A stretch of 64,000 nucleotides of DNA, from the NCBI GenBank assembly GCA_035389585.1, contig DAOOSC010000001.1, positions 6,290 through 70,289 of the forward strand, in the 5' to 3' direction. Source of the stretch: Candidatus Magasanikiibacteriota bacterium (GTDB lineage: Bacteria; Patescibacteriota; Patescibacteriia; Magasanikbacterales; UBA922). Positions 1 through 8,280 of this stretch are shown here, one piece after another. Under the pieces are notes generated by a model that worked only from the letters and a program-made list of their open reading frames with translations, was not told the DNA's origin and searched no databases. The translations under genes and the position numbers were made by a program. Position 1 is the stretch's first letter. The number at the start of each line of letters is the position of its first letter.

Positions 1-594
1 GTCTTTGTTTGGCTTATGGGAATTATGTACACGACAAAATTATTGGATGGGCTCGATGGTCTATCTGGTGGAATTGTTTTTATTGGTGCCTTGTTTATTG
101 GTTTCTTCTCTTTGCAGGATAAATGGTCGGATCCGGTTTCGGCCTCGTTGGCTTTTGTTTTCGCGGGTGTTCTACTTGGTTTTCTCTTGTTCAATTGGCC
201 ACCAGCAAAAGTATTTTTGGGTGAAGGTGGAAGTTTGTTGATCGGTTTCATCCTCGCGATTTTGTCGATATTATCTGGCAGTAAAATCGCTATCACCCTA
301 CTGACTCTCGGTGTGCCGGCGCTCGATGTCCTGCGAGTGATCGTGTTGCGCTTGCGTCGGGGTAAATCAATTCATGCAGGCGGTAAAGAGCATTTACATC
401 ATCGTTTGTTGGCTTTGGGTCTCGGGCCGAAGCGAGTAATTGTGCTCATGTATTCCATATCGATTGTGCTCGGTCTCGTGGCGGTATCAGTGCAGAGCCG
501 TGCGAAATTGATTACTTTTGTTGGACTTTGTTTATTAATGCTTCTTCTCGTTTTGGCCTATGATCGAGGAGGGGATCATGTGAAGAAAATATGA
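1..594 (+). CDS. Glycosyltransferase family 4 phospho-sugar transferase (MraY/WecA/TagO family), C-terminal fragment. The ORF is open from base 1, so the 5' end is truncated by the window edge.
   Basis: DGLDGL(S/A)GG motif, multiple TM helices, and a C-terminal 'KEHLHHRLL' block typical of WecA/MraY-type polyprenyl-phosphate sugar-1-phosphate transferases. Confidence 0.7.
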   Translation, partial: VFVWLMGIMYTTKLLDGLDGLSGGIVFIGALFIGFFSLQDKWSDPVSASLAFVFAGVLLGFLLFNWPPAKVFLGEGGSLLIGFILAILSILSGSKIAITLLTLGVPALDVLRVIVLRLRRGKSIHAGGKEHLHHRLLALGLGPKRVIVLMYSISIVLGLVAVSVQSRAKLITFVGLCLLMLLLVLAYDRGGDHVKKI

Positions 595-1058
595 AACAAA
601 TAAAATTTAAAAAATGGCAGTTAATATTTTTTGCAATTTTTGCGATGGCATTTCTAGGATTGAAATTGTGGCAACTGCGTTGGCCGACAGCGACAATTGA
701 GCTCGGGGAGAATCGCATGCAAGTGCAAGTCGCTCGGACGGTCTATCACCAATATCGCGGATTGGGTAAGCGGGATACGCTCGCGCCGTATGATGGTTTA
801 TTATTTCTGTATGGTGAAAAAGCGCGCCATGGTATAGTGATGCGGGAGATGCGCTTTCCGATTGATATTGTCTGGCTTTCTGATGGGGTAGTGGTAGATA
901 TTGCTCCCGATGTGCAGGCTGAGCCCGGGGTAGCAGAATCTCTGCTCACTGTATATCGACCGAGATTGCCAGCCAATTTGGTGCTCGAAGTGTCGGCTGG
1001 GTGGTGCACTGAACATGGGGTGAAAATTGGATCAATCTTGAAATTACTGGAAGATTGA
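591..1058 (+). CDS. DUF192 (COG1430) family protein
   Basis: N-terminal TM/signal segment followed by a 'PIDIVWLSDGVVVDI' block characteristic of DUF192. The ATG overlaps the upstream stop. Confidence 0.55.
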   Translation: MKQIKFKKWQLIFFAIFAMAFLGLKLWQLRWPTATIELGENRMQVQVARTVYHQYRGLGKRDTLAPYDGLLFLYGEKARHGIVMREMRFPIDIVWLSDGVVVDIAPDVQAEPGVAESLLTVYRPRLPANLVLEVSAGWCTEHGVKIGSILKLLED

Positions 1059-1115
1059 TATTTTATTCATAAAAATGGCTAGGAATAGCGGTTTTATGGC
1101 TGTGGATTTGGGGGC

Positions 1116-1144
1116 TTGACTTTATTTCGGTCTGGTGTTATCAT
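1116..1144 (+). promoter_or_regulatory. Sigma70-like promoter (TTGACT-N17-TATCAT) upstream of rplU
   Basis: Hexamers read directly, with 17-nt spacing, about 37 nt upstream of the rplU ATG. Confidence 0.45.
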
Positions 1145-1180
1145 ATAGCAACATGAAGTTCTAATTTTAGGAAAAATATT

Positions 1181-1492
1181 ATGTTTGCAGTCATTGAAAC
1201 CGGTGGTAAGCAGTATTTAGTGCGAACCGGTGATACCGTAAAAATCGAAAAAATAAAAACACAACCGGGACAAGAAGTGGTATTTGACAAAGTTCTTCTC
1301 ACAGCTGAAGAAGACGGTACCAATGTCAAGATCGGTACGCCTTATCTCTCTGGCGCTACGGTCACCGCTCTCGTCGAGGAAGTGGGCAAAAACAAAAAAA
1401 TTCGCGTTGTGAAGTACAAGCGAAAAGTCCGCTATAAGAGAGTTATCGGACACAGACAACCGTTCTCAAAAATAAAAATCAAAAGTCTCTAA
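1181..1492 (+). CDS. rplU: 50S ribosomal protein L21
   Basis: The N-terminus 'MFAVIETGGKQY.V..GD' is canonical L21. Length is 103 aa. Confidence 0.9.
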   Translation: MFAVIETGGKQYLVRTGDTVKIEKIKTQPGQEVVFDKVLLTAEEDGTNVKIGTPYLSGATVTALVEEVGKNKKIRVVKYKRKVRYKRVIGHRQPFSKIKIKSL

Positions 1493-1498
1493 AAATAA

Positions 1499-1532
1499 TC
1501 CCGCCCTTCATGAAGGCGGGGTTATTTTTTGT
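1499..1532. terminator. Bidirectional rho-independent terminator between rplU (+) and recR (-)
   Basis: A 10-bp GC-rich stem (cccgcccttc / gaaggcgggg) is flanked by an A-run upstream and a T-run downstream. Confidence 0.7.
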
Positions 1533-1542
1533 GAAAATTTTT

Positions 1543-2136
1543 CTATCTTCTATTTTTCAAAGCGCTGATTAGGGTCATCTCATCGGCATATCTAATATCC
1601 GAACCCATCGGTAATCCGCGCGCTAGACGGGTAATACGTAGATCTGGACGCTGGGTTTTGGCTGATTTCGCGATGTACATGGCGGTCATTTCACCGCTCA
1701 TATCGGGGTTGAGAGAGAGGATGATTTCCTTTATCTTTGGGTCTTGGATTCGTTTCAGAAGTTCGCGGATTTTTATTTTTTTCTCCGGTTCAATTTCATC
1801 TGGTCGGAGTGTGCCGCGCAAAATATGGTACAGACCAGAAAAAGCGTGGGTATTTTCGATCACGTGAGCGTCTTGGGGTTCGGCCACAATACAGATCGTG
1901 GATTGATCACGATTTTTGTTCACACAGAGACGGCAAGGTGTTCGGTCAGAGAAATTACAGCAAATTTCACAACTCTTCACACCACCGACGAGACTTGTGA
2001 GCGCGGACGCTAATTCGCCGGCTTCTTTTTTGCCGGATTTGAGAATATGGAAAACATAACGTTCGGCCGTCCGAGCACCAACTGAGGGAAGTTTTTCGAA
2101 AGCGTCAATCAGTTTTTGAATCGGCAGCGCGTACAT
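1543..2136 (-). CDS. recR: Recombination protein RecR
   Basis: N-terminal HhH (LPSVGARTAERY) and a C4 zinc finger (CEICCN..CRLC) followed by a Toprim region. Confidence 0.9.
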   Translation of the reverse strand: MYALPIQKLIDAFEKLPSVGARTAERYVFHILKSGKKEAGELASALTSLVGGVKSCEICCNFSDRTPCRLCVNKNRDQSTICIVAEPQDAHVIENTHAFSGLYHILRGTLRPDEIEPEKKIKIRELLKRIQDPKIKEIILSLNPDMSGEMTAMYIAKSAKTQRPDLRITRLARGLPMGSDIRYADEMTLISALKNRR

Positions 2137-2139
2137 AGA

Positions 2140-2445
2140 TTATGAGTTTATACCAGGGATATTCGGCATTCCACCCATATCACGCATTTTTGTGGCCATG
2201 ATTTTTTGGATTTTTTTCAGGGCTTCACCATGTGCATCGCGAATGCCAGCTTCGAGTTTTTCTTTTTTATCAGGAGTGAGGAGTTCAGGATCAATATTGA
2301 TATTCGCAATTCCCAAATTCCCGTCCATGGTCAATTTAATTTTTCCTCCGAGTGCTTCGGCGGTGATATTTTCTTCGGCGAGGGCGGATTGGATTTTCTT
2401 GGCTTGATCGCGGAGATCTTTGAACTGTTTTAGTTTGGCGAACAT
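2140..2445 (-). CDS. ybaB: Nucleoid-associated protein YbaB/EbfC family
   Basis: About 100 aa with an 'MFAKLKQFKDLRDQAKKIQ' start and a C-terminal GMP(N)IPG tail typical of YbaB. It lies immediately upstream of recR, as in many bacteria. Confidence 0.8.
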   Translation of the reverse strand: MFAKLKQFKDLRDQAKKIQSALAEENITAEALGGKIKLTMDGNLGIANINIDPELLTPDKKEKLEAGIRDAHGEALKKIQKIMATKMRDMGGMPNIPGINS

Positions 2446-2470
2446 AGAATAAACTTAAATATAATAAATT

Positions 2471-3925
2471 TTAGAAAGTAGGCATGCCAGATGGGGCGGA
2501 CGGATTCGAATTAGGTCTCGGGGTTGGTGGTGGAATATGGGCTGGTTCAGAGAATTGTGTTTCCAGATTTCGGAAACTGGATTTCTCGGCATCGAAGAAT
2601 AGGTTGACTTGGCCTGTCGGACCATTACGATGTTTCGCGACATGAATTTCAGCCAAGTTCAATTCGTCGGGTGGGATGTCTTCGACGCGGTAATTGCGAT
2701 CAGAGGCTTTGCGATAAATAAATAAAACTACATCGGCATCCTGTTCGATTGACCCTGAGTCACGCAAGTGAGCCAATTTCGGAATAGCTGGCTTGTTTTG
2801 TTCGACTGCACGTGATAACTGGGAGAGGGCGAGTACTGGTACATTGAGTTCGCGCGCAAGACCTTTCAGTCCGCGACTTATTTCGGCGACTTCTTGGACA
2901 CGGTTGTCGGTATAGCCACTGCCTGATGTGTCCATGAGTTGTAAATAGTCGATGATAATCATACCGAGGCCGTGTTCAGCTTGGAGACGGCGGGCTTTGG
3001 TACGGATTTGCATGACGGAGCTATTCGCGGAATCATCGATGAAGATCGGGGCTTCGGCGAGCATACCCATCGCATGTCCGATTCGAGGGAAATCGGTCGA
3101 ATCAGGTTTGTCGGATAAATTACCTGTACGCATTTTCCACAAATCTACCCCGGCCTCAGCACAGAGTAGGCGATCGACGAGCTGTTCTTTGCTCATTTCG
3201 AGAGAGAACATGCCGACAGGTACTTTCGCACGTACGGCCGCATTGCGAGCGATATCGAGGGCGAGAGAGGTTTTACCCACAGACGGGCGGGCGGCGAGAA
3301 TAATCAAATCAGATTTTTGGAGGCCGGCGAGGAGATTGTCTAATTTTTTGAAACCAGTTGGAATACCACGCAATTTGCCTTTTTCACGATGTAATTCATC
3401 AATACGTTCGAAAGCGTCATTCAACACCGCACGAATTGGTGTGAATGTCTGTTTCATGTGTTTTTGGGTGATACCGTAGAGGTGTTGCTGGGCTTGATCG
3501 AGAACTACATCTACATTGTCTGATTCGGAACGATAACCAAGTTCGGAAATTTCGCTGGCGGCACTGATGAGTCGGCGGAGTGTCGCTTTGCGACGTATGA
3601 TTTTCGCATATTGTACGACGTGCGCTGAAGTCGGCACGACATTGGATAGACCGACGAGGAAAGCGCGCCCACCGATCCTCTCGAGAATTTGTTTCTCTTC
3701 GAGGCGGTTGGCGATTGTGAGCACGTCGATCGGGTCGCTATTGGTGTAGGCTTCGACAATTATGGCAAATATTTCCGCATGAGCGCGTTTGTAGAAATCT
3801 TCTGCGTCCAAAATGTCGGCAATTTTCAGCATTGCTTCCCGATCAATCAAAACACAGCCGAGGAGAGACATTTCGGCTTCCAAATTGTGTGGTGGGATCT
3901 TTTCGAGTGAAGTAATATCTGGCAT
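2471..3925 (-). CDS. dnaB: Replicative DNA helicase DnaB
   Basis: The N-terminal DnaB domain (PPHNLEAE.SLLG) and a RecA-like domain with Walker A 'ARPSVGKTSLAL' and Walker B 'IIIDYLQLM'. A C-terminal Pro/Ser-rich tail of about 40 aa is unusual. Confidence 0.9.
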   Translation of the reverse strand: MPDITSLEKIPPHNLEAEMSLLGCVLIDREAMLKIADILDAEDFYKRAHAEIFAIIVEAYTNSDPIDVLTIANRLEEKQILERIGGRAFLVGLSNVVPTSAHVVQYAKIIRRKATLRRLISAASEISELGYRSESDNVDVVLDQAQQHLYGITQKHMKQTFTPIRAVLNDAFERIDELHREKGKLRGIPTGFKKLDNLLAGLQKSDLIILAARPSVGKTSLALDIARNAAVRAKVPVGMFSLEMSKEQLVDRLLCAEAGVDLWKMRTGNLSDKPDSTDFPRIGHAMGMLAEAPIFIDDSANSSVMQIRTKARRLQAEHGLGMIIIDYLQLMDTSGSGYTDNRVQEVAEISRGLKGLARELNVPVLALSQLSRAVEQNKPAIPKLAHLRDSGSIEQDADVVLFIYRKASDRNYRVEDIPPDELNLAEIHVAKHRNGPTGQVNLFFDAEKSSFRNLETQFSEPAHIPPPTPRPNSNPSAPSGMPTF

Positions 3926-4045
3926 ATATGTAGTAGCGGTATATTACCCGATTTTGCTGTTTCGTGCAACCTCGGGAGGGGGATGAATTGTGGGTGGTTT
4001 TTGGGTGGGTAATTTAGACAGAAAACTGGGCTAGCCTTGAAAAAC

Positions 4046-4074
4046 CCTCCATAAAAAAGTATAATGCTCACATA
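4046..4074 (+). promoter_or_regulatory. Sigma70-like promoter (TTGAAA-N17-TATAAT)
   Basis: Consensus hexamers read directly, about 30 nt upstream of the 4105 ATG. Confidence 0.5.
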
Positions 4075-4104
4075 TCAAAAAGGCTTTGCCTAGTTTTTCT
4101 CATT

Positions 4105-5049
4105 ATGAACAATTTTCCGATAATTTGCGTTGACTGCGGAGCGGGGCTAAATCTCACCGAAACTTCATTTTCTTGTCCAGCTTGCGGGCGAGTGTATTTG
4201 ACAGTGGACGGCATCGCTATTATGCACCCGACCAATCTCGATGAATTGGCGCGCGAGGAGGCGGAGTATCATGATCATTCGCCAGAAGCCTCTGATGCTC
4301 ATCGACTTGATTATCCGCGTAATGAATATTTTCACGCGCGGATTGCAGAGGCTATATATGCGGGGGTGCCACAGGAGGAGATTTTGCTTGAAATTGGTGC
4401 GGGCGAAGGGTATGATGCACGTCGTCTCGTGAATAATTATCGTTTGGTCCTGACGGATGTGTCGCCAGGTGCTCTGAAACGCATCGGAGAAAATTTGCAA
4501 CATGAAAATATACTTGGATTAATTGCGGCGACTGGGGATCGTTTGCCGTTTGTGAATAATTCTTTTGCGGGTGTGTATATGGCGGCCACTTGGCATCATT
4601 TCACGGATGCGGAGTTGGCTTTTGGAGAATTTATGCGTGTTTTGCGTCCGGGCGGGCGACTCGTGATTGGTGTCGAGCCGAATGCTTTTTGGTTTCGACT
4701 GGTGAAAAAATTTCGCCGTTTACTCTGTCGTGCCACTCATGCTGATCCGGGTGAAGGTTCGCGTGCTGATGCAGAAATGGAGGGTTTTTCTCATTCGTAT
4801 TTACGTTCTCTGCGATCACGATCTGATGTTCGTAGTGTGAAAATTTATCCGATGTGGTTTCTGACAGGTTTTTGGCATTATGGCCTCGAGTTTATTCATC
4901 GCGTCCTGAAACGTAAAACTCGCGTGAACATTCCCAAATTTCTGGATTGGCCATTCCTCGCGGTTGATCAGATTTTATTCTGCATCCCGTTTTTTAATAG
5001 ATTGTGTTGGCATTGGGGAGTGGTGGTGGAGAAAAATATAAAATTATGA
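4105..5049 (+). CDS. Class I SAM-dependent methyltransferase with an N-terminal zinc-ribbon
   Basis: N-terminal CxxC...CxxC. 'LEIGAGEG' is SAM motif I, and '...LRPGGRLVIGVEPN' is a Methyltransf_11-like motif. Confidence 0.7.
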   Translation: MNNFPIICVDCGAGLNLTETSFSCPACGRVYLTVDGIAIMHPTNLDELAREEAEYHDHSPEASDAHRLDYPRNEYFHARIAEAIYAGVPQEEILLEIGAGEGYDARRLVNNYRLVLTDVSPGALKRIGENLQHENILGLIAATGDRLPFVNNSFAGVYMAATWHHFTDAELAFGEFMRVLRPGGRLVIGVEPNAFWFRLVKKFRRLLCRATHADPGEGSRADAEMEGFSHSYLRSLRSRSDVRSVKIYPMWFLTGFWHYGLEFIHRVLKRKTRVNIPKFLDWPFLAVDQILFCIPFFNRLCWHWGVVVEKNIKL

Positions 5050-6236
5050 AAATCGCCATAATAAACAACATTTATCCGCCTGAACAGCGTGGTGGAGCGG
5101 AAGTGGTGGTGAAGGGGATTGTCGATATGCTTTCGGATGCGGGGCATTCGGTCGTTGTGATTGCGGGGACATCGGGTGAAGAGAGGATTCAAGATGAAGG
5201 ACGGGTGCGGATTTATCGTCTCCGTCCGCGCAATATATATTTCTACACGGATGCGAAAAATCACAACGCTCTCGTGCGGTTGGTTTGGAATTTCTATGGT
5301 ATGTTCAATTATCCGCTCGCGCGTCGGGTGCGTCGGATTCTCGAAAAAGAAAAACCAGATGTAGTACATACCCACAATTTGATTGGTTTGAGCTTCCTCA
5401 TTCCGGCACAAATTCGCGCTCTCGGTCTCGCCCATGTGCATACGGTTCATGATGTCCAGCTCGTCGAGCCGAGCGCAATTATTATCAAAAGTTTCGAAAA
5501 TACTTGGCGCTATCGTGGCCTCCCGACACGAATTTATTCGGCGATTTTGCGCTATCTTATGGGTTCGCCAAATGTAGTAATTTCACCATCCAAATTTTTG
5601 CGTTCGTTCTATTCCGCGCGTGGATTTTTTCGAAAATCACAATTTGAAATGTTGCGCAACCCGATTACCTTGAAAGCAATGTGGCGTGGACGAAAACCAG
5701 ATACAAATGTTTTCCGTTTCCTTTATCTCGGACAAGTAGAAGAACACAAAGGTATTATGACCTTGATCGAAGCTTTTCGAATTTTGTCAGGTGAGGTGTC
5801 TTCGGGAGTTGAATTGATCGTGGTCGGAGCGGGTTCACTCGAAGAGCGGGCGCGTCAAATGGCGAATAGTTTGAATATCAAATTTCTCGGATACAAAAAA
5901 CGTGATGAGCTCGCGGATATTTTCTCGACTGTGGATGTGACAGTCGTGCCGTCTTTGTGTTATGAAAATTCTCCGACTGTAATTTTCGAAAGTCGTTTGT
6001 CGGGCGTACCGATTATTGCGAGCGATATTGAAGGCGTGGCAGAATTGATTGAAAATGATGATAGTGGCTGGTTGTTCAAAGCAGGCGATGCAGTAGATTT
6101 GGCCGTCAAAATGCGCACGGTTTTTTCTTTGCGTGAAACATTGCATCGAAAACGCATCGTGCCTCCAGCGCCGAGTTCAAATAACGACTTTCATATCAAT
6201 TTGCTTTCTTTTTATCGTTCGGCGGGCAATAAGTGA
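5046..6236 (+). CDS. Glycosyltransferase family 4 (GT-B, RfaB-like)
   Basis: The 'MKIAIINNIYPPEQRGGAEVVV' N-terminus and an E-x7-E region near the C-terminus ('FESRLSGVPIIASDIEG') match GT4. The ATG overlaps the upstream stop (ATGA). Confidence 0.8.
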   Translation: MKIAIINNIYPPEQRGGAEVVVKGIVDMLSDAGHSVVVIAGTSGEERIQDEGRVRIYRLRPRNIYFYTDAKNHNALVRLVWNFYGMFNYPLARRVRRILEKEKPDVVHTHNLIGLSFLIPAQIRALGLAHVHTVHDVQLVEPSAIIIKSFENTWRYRGLPTRIYSAILRYLMGSPNVVISPSKFLRSFYSARGFFRKSQFEMLRNPITLKAMWRGRKPDTNVFRFLYLGQVEEHKGIMTLIEAFRILSGEVSSGVELIVVGAGSLEERARQMANSLNIKFLGYKKRDELADIFSTVDVTVVPSLCYENSPTVIFESRLSGVPIIASDIEGVAELIENDDSGWLFKAGDAVDLAVKMRTVFSLRETLHRKRIVPPAPSSNNDFHINLLSFYRSAGNK

Positions 6237-8130
6237 AGATTTTTATTTCATCATCACCAATGACCACCATATTTGGAGTGGTTTTTTCGACAGCGGTTGA
6301 GATCTTTTCGAAATCCGCCCATTTACGTGATAACGCATAGTAGATTTTCTCAGCACCGGTTTTGGTGTATAAATCATCAATGATTTTCTTGTCGTGCTCG
6401 CCGTAAGTGAATTTCAAATAGGCGTCATAAAGGGGGCTACCAGAAGGCGTGGAATAGTTGAAAACTGGTCGGCCGTCCAGGTCGAAGTATTTTGTGAAGC
6501 CGTATTTCTCGATAGAGGCGGCGGCAGTGATGATGTTGGTGAGCACAATGTAATTATTATTTGGGTTGTCGTCGTGGATGTATTGGGCTGTTTCATAATC
6601 CGCTTTGGTGACATTTTGTCCTGGGAAATAAACCTTTTTGTTGGATTGTGGATATGTGAGATACCAAGAGCAGAAAATAGCGAGAGTGAGGAATATGATT
6701 AATACACGGTCGAATTTTTTTGTAAAAGCGAGAATTTCGGTAAATGTGGCAATAGCAGGTGGAATCAGGAAGAGTGTTGCGATTTGGAGGATACGAATGG
6801 CATAGGAAATTTCTTCGGTGGTAGATAAATCGCGAATAGAGAGAGAGGCGGCGAGTAGGTAGGCGTTGAATGTGAGGATGGTGGCGCAAGCGAGGTAAAT
6901 TCGGGCGGAGCGATTTTTGATTGCTTGCCAGGTGGCGAGGGCAACTAGAATGATATAGACAAGTTTGCGGTATAAATAAATTATGTCGAGATAGAAAGGT
7001 ATAGGATTGTTTCGGAAATAATAAGGGTCAGTAAAAACTTTCAGGAAATTTTTGGCGTTTGTGAAAAAAGGTCTCCATTCAAAAGAGATTCCAGAATTGG
7101 CGATTTTTGACCAGACCAGCATGAATGTCGGAATAGCTATCAATGCGATGAGTACAAAAAGTATTTGAAGAGGTGTTGAGGTTTTCTGGTCGGATCGTCT
7201 CATGAGGAGATATGTGCCGAATAATAAAGCGAATATACCAGGTAATGGGTGGGCGAGCGCAGACAAAACCATGAATGGTAAGACGGTGGCGCGTGGTAGT
7301 TTGTTCGTGAGTATGGCAGGCGAAATCAGAATGAGGGAAAGCAGGAATACATTGGCTAGGTTGTTCGGTGTGGTGAAAATAAAAGTTGCGAGCGGAAGGG
7401 CGAGAATGGCAAAAATGGGAGCAAAAGATTTATATTTCACAAATACTTCGGATTTGTGAAAACCAATAAAGGCCGTGATAGGGATAATAATGGCTGTGAA
7501 AACAGGTGTGAGCCAGATGTCAAAAAATTTCAGAGCAAAGGGTAGGATTTTCGCGAGGCTGACGACAATCGTGTATTGCCCAATATAAAAAGGTGTTTTT
7601 GGGAGAATGAAACCGTTTTCGAGAATGTGTTTCTCAGCGGCGCGGTGGAGGAATGGATCGTAGCCGAAACCGAGACGGTAGATAAAAGAAACGACGGAGT
7701 AAGTAATGAAAAAAGCGAGAATGGCGAAATATGGGCGCGACTCTCCGCGACGATAGATGAGCAAAACGCAAAAAATAAATAGGGAATATAGGGCGTAAGT
7801 GTAGTTCGGTAGGATGAGCCAAGGCGAAGTGAGAATTCCTGTGGTCGTGTGAGTTAGAAAAGTGATGAGTATAGAAATGGAGAGGAGTACGGCCGCGATT
7901 TTGACGGGTAGTTGTTTGGGTGGGTGATTCTCAGTAGGGGTGGTTGTTTCGGGGGAGAACTTTTTCTGAATAAAAAATGTGAACAACGTGGATAGTGTGG
8001 CACTGGCCAACATCGTCCAGGCATTGAGGGAATATAAAAAGTAAGCTGTACAGGCGAAAATAGAGTACAGCGCGAGCCATAATATAGAGATGAAGAATTT
8101 TTTGTGTGGTAGGTGGGTGGTCATAGCCAT
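6196..8130 (-). CDS. Large polytopic membrane protein with at least 12 predicted TM helices and a C-terminal soluble domain; possibly a GT-C-fold or YfhO-like glycosyltransferase
   Basis: An N-terminal hydrophobic region of about 450 aa, a 'GFGYDPFLH' loop motif, and a C-terminal region of about 150 aa that looks extracytoplasmic. It lies next to glycosyltransferases, but I did not recognise a specific family. Confidence 0.5.
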   Translation of the reverse strand: MAMTTHLPHKKFFISILWLALYSIFACTAYFLYSLNAWTMLASATLSTLFTFFIQKKFSPETTTPTENHPPKQLPVKIAAVLLSISILITFLTHTTTGILTSPWLILPNYTYALYSLFIFCVLLIYRRGESRPYFAILAFFITYSVVSFIYRLGFGYDPFLHRAAEKHILENGFILPKTPFYIGQYTIVVSLAKILPFALKFFDIWLTPVFTAIIIPITAFIGFHKSEVFVKYKSFAPIFAILALPLATFIFTTPNNLANVFLLSLILISPAILTNKLPRATVLPFMVLSALAHPLPGIFALLFGTYLLMRRSDQKTSTPLQILFVLIALIAIPTFMLVWSKIANSGISFEWRPFFTNAKNFLKVFTDPYYFRNNPIPFYLDIIYLYRKLVYIILVALATWQAIKNRSARIYLACATILTFNAYLLAASLSIRDLSTTEEISYAIRILQIATLFLIPPAIATFTEILAFTKKFDRVLIIFLTLAIFCSWYLTYPQSNKKVYFPGQNVTKADYETAQYIHDDNPNNNYIVLTNIITAAASIEKYGFTKYFDLDGRPVFNYSTPSGSPLYDAYLKFTYGEHDKKIIDDLYTKTGAEKIYYALSRKWADFEKISTAVEKTTPNMVVIGDDEIKIFTYCPPNDKKKAN

Positions 8131-8280
8131 TGCGATACTCGGGAACGGGTGGTATAATTAGGGTATATTTATTGGCTCAATTATAGTCAATTTTGCGAAA
8201 ATATGCAAAACAGATATTTTTTTGTATAAAAATTATCCAGATTTGCTTGTTCATTGTTTGGTGAGTTAAATGTCATCTGT

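Noticed and set aside
2952-3759. Several ORFs of 60-175 aa on both strands inside dnaB
   Set aside because: They are fully embedded in the well-supported dnaB CDS and have no independent signals.
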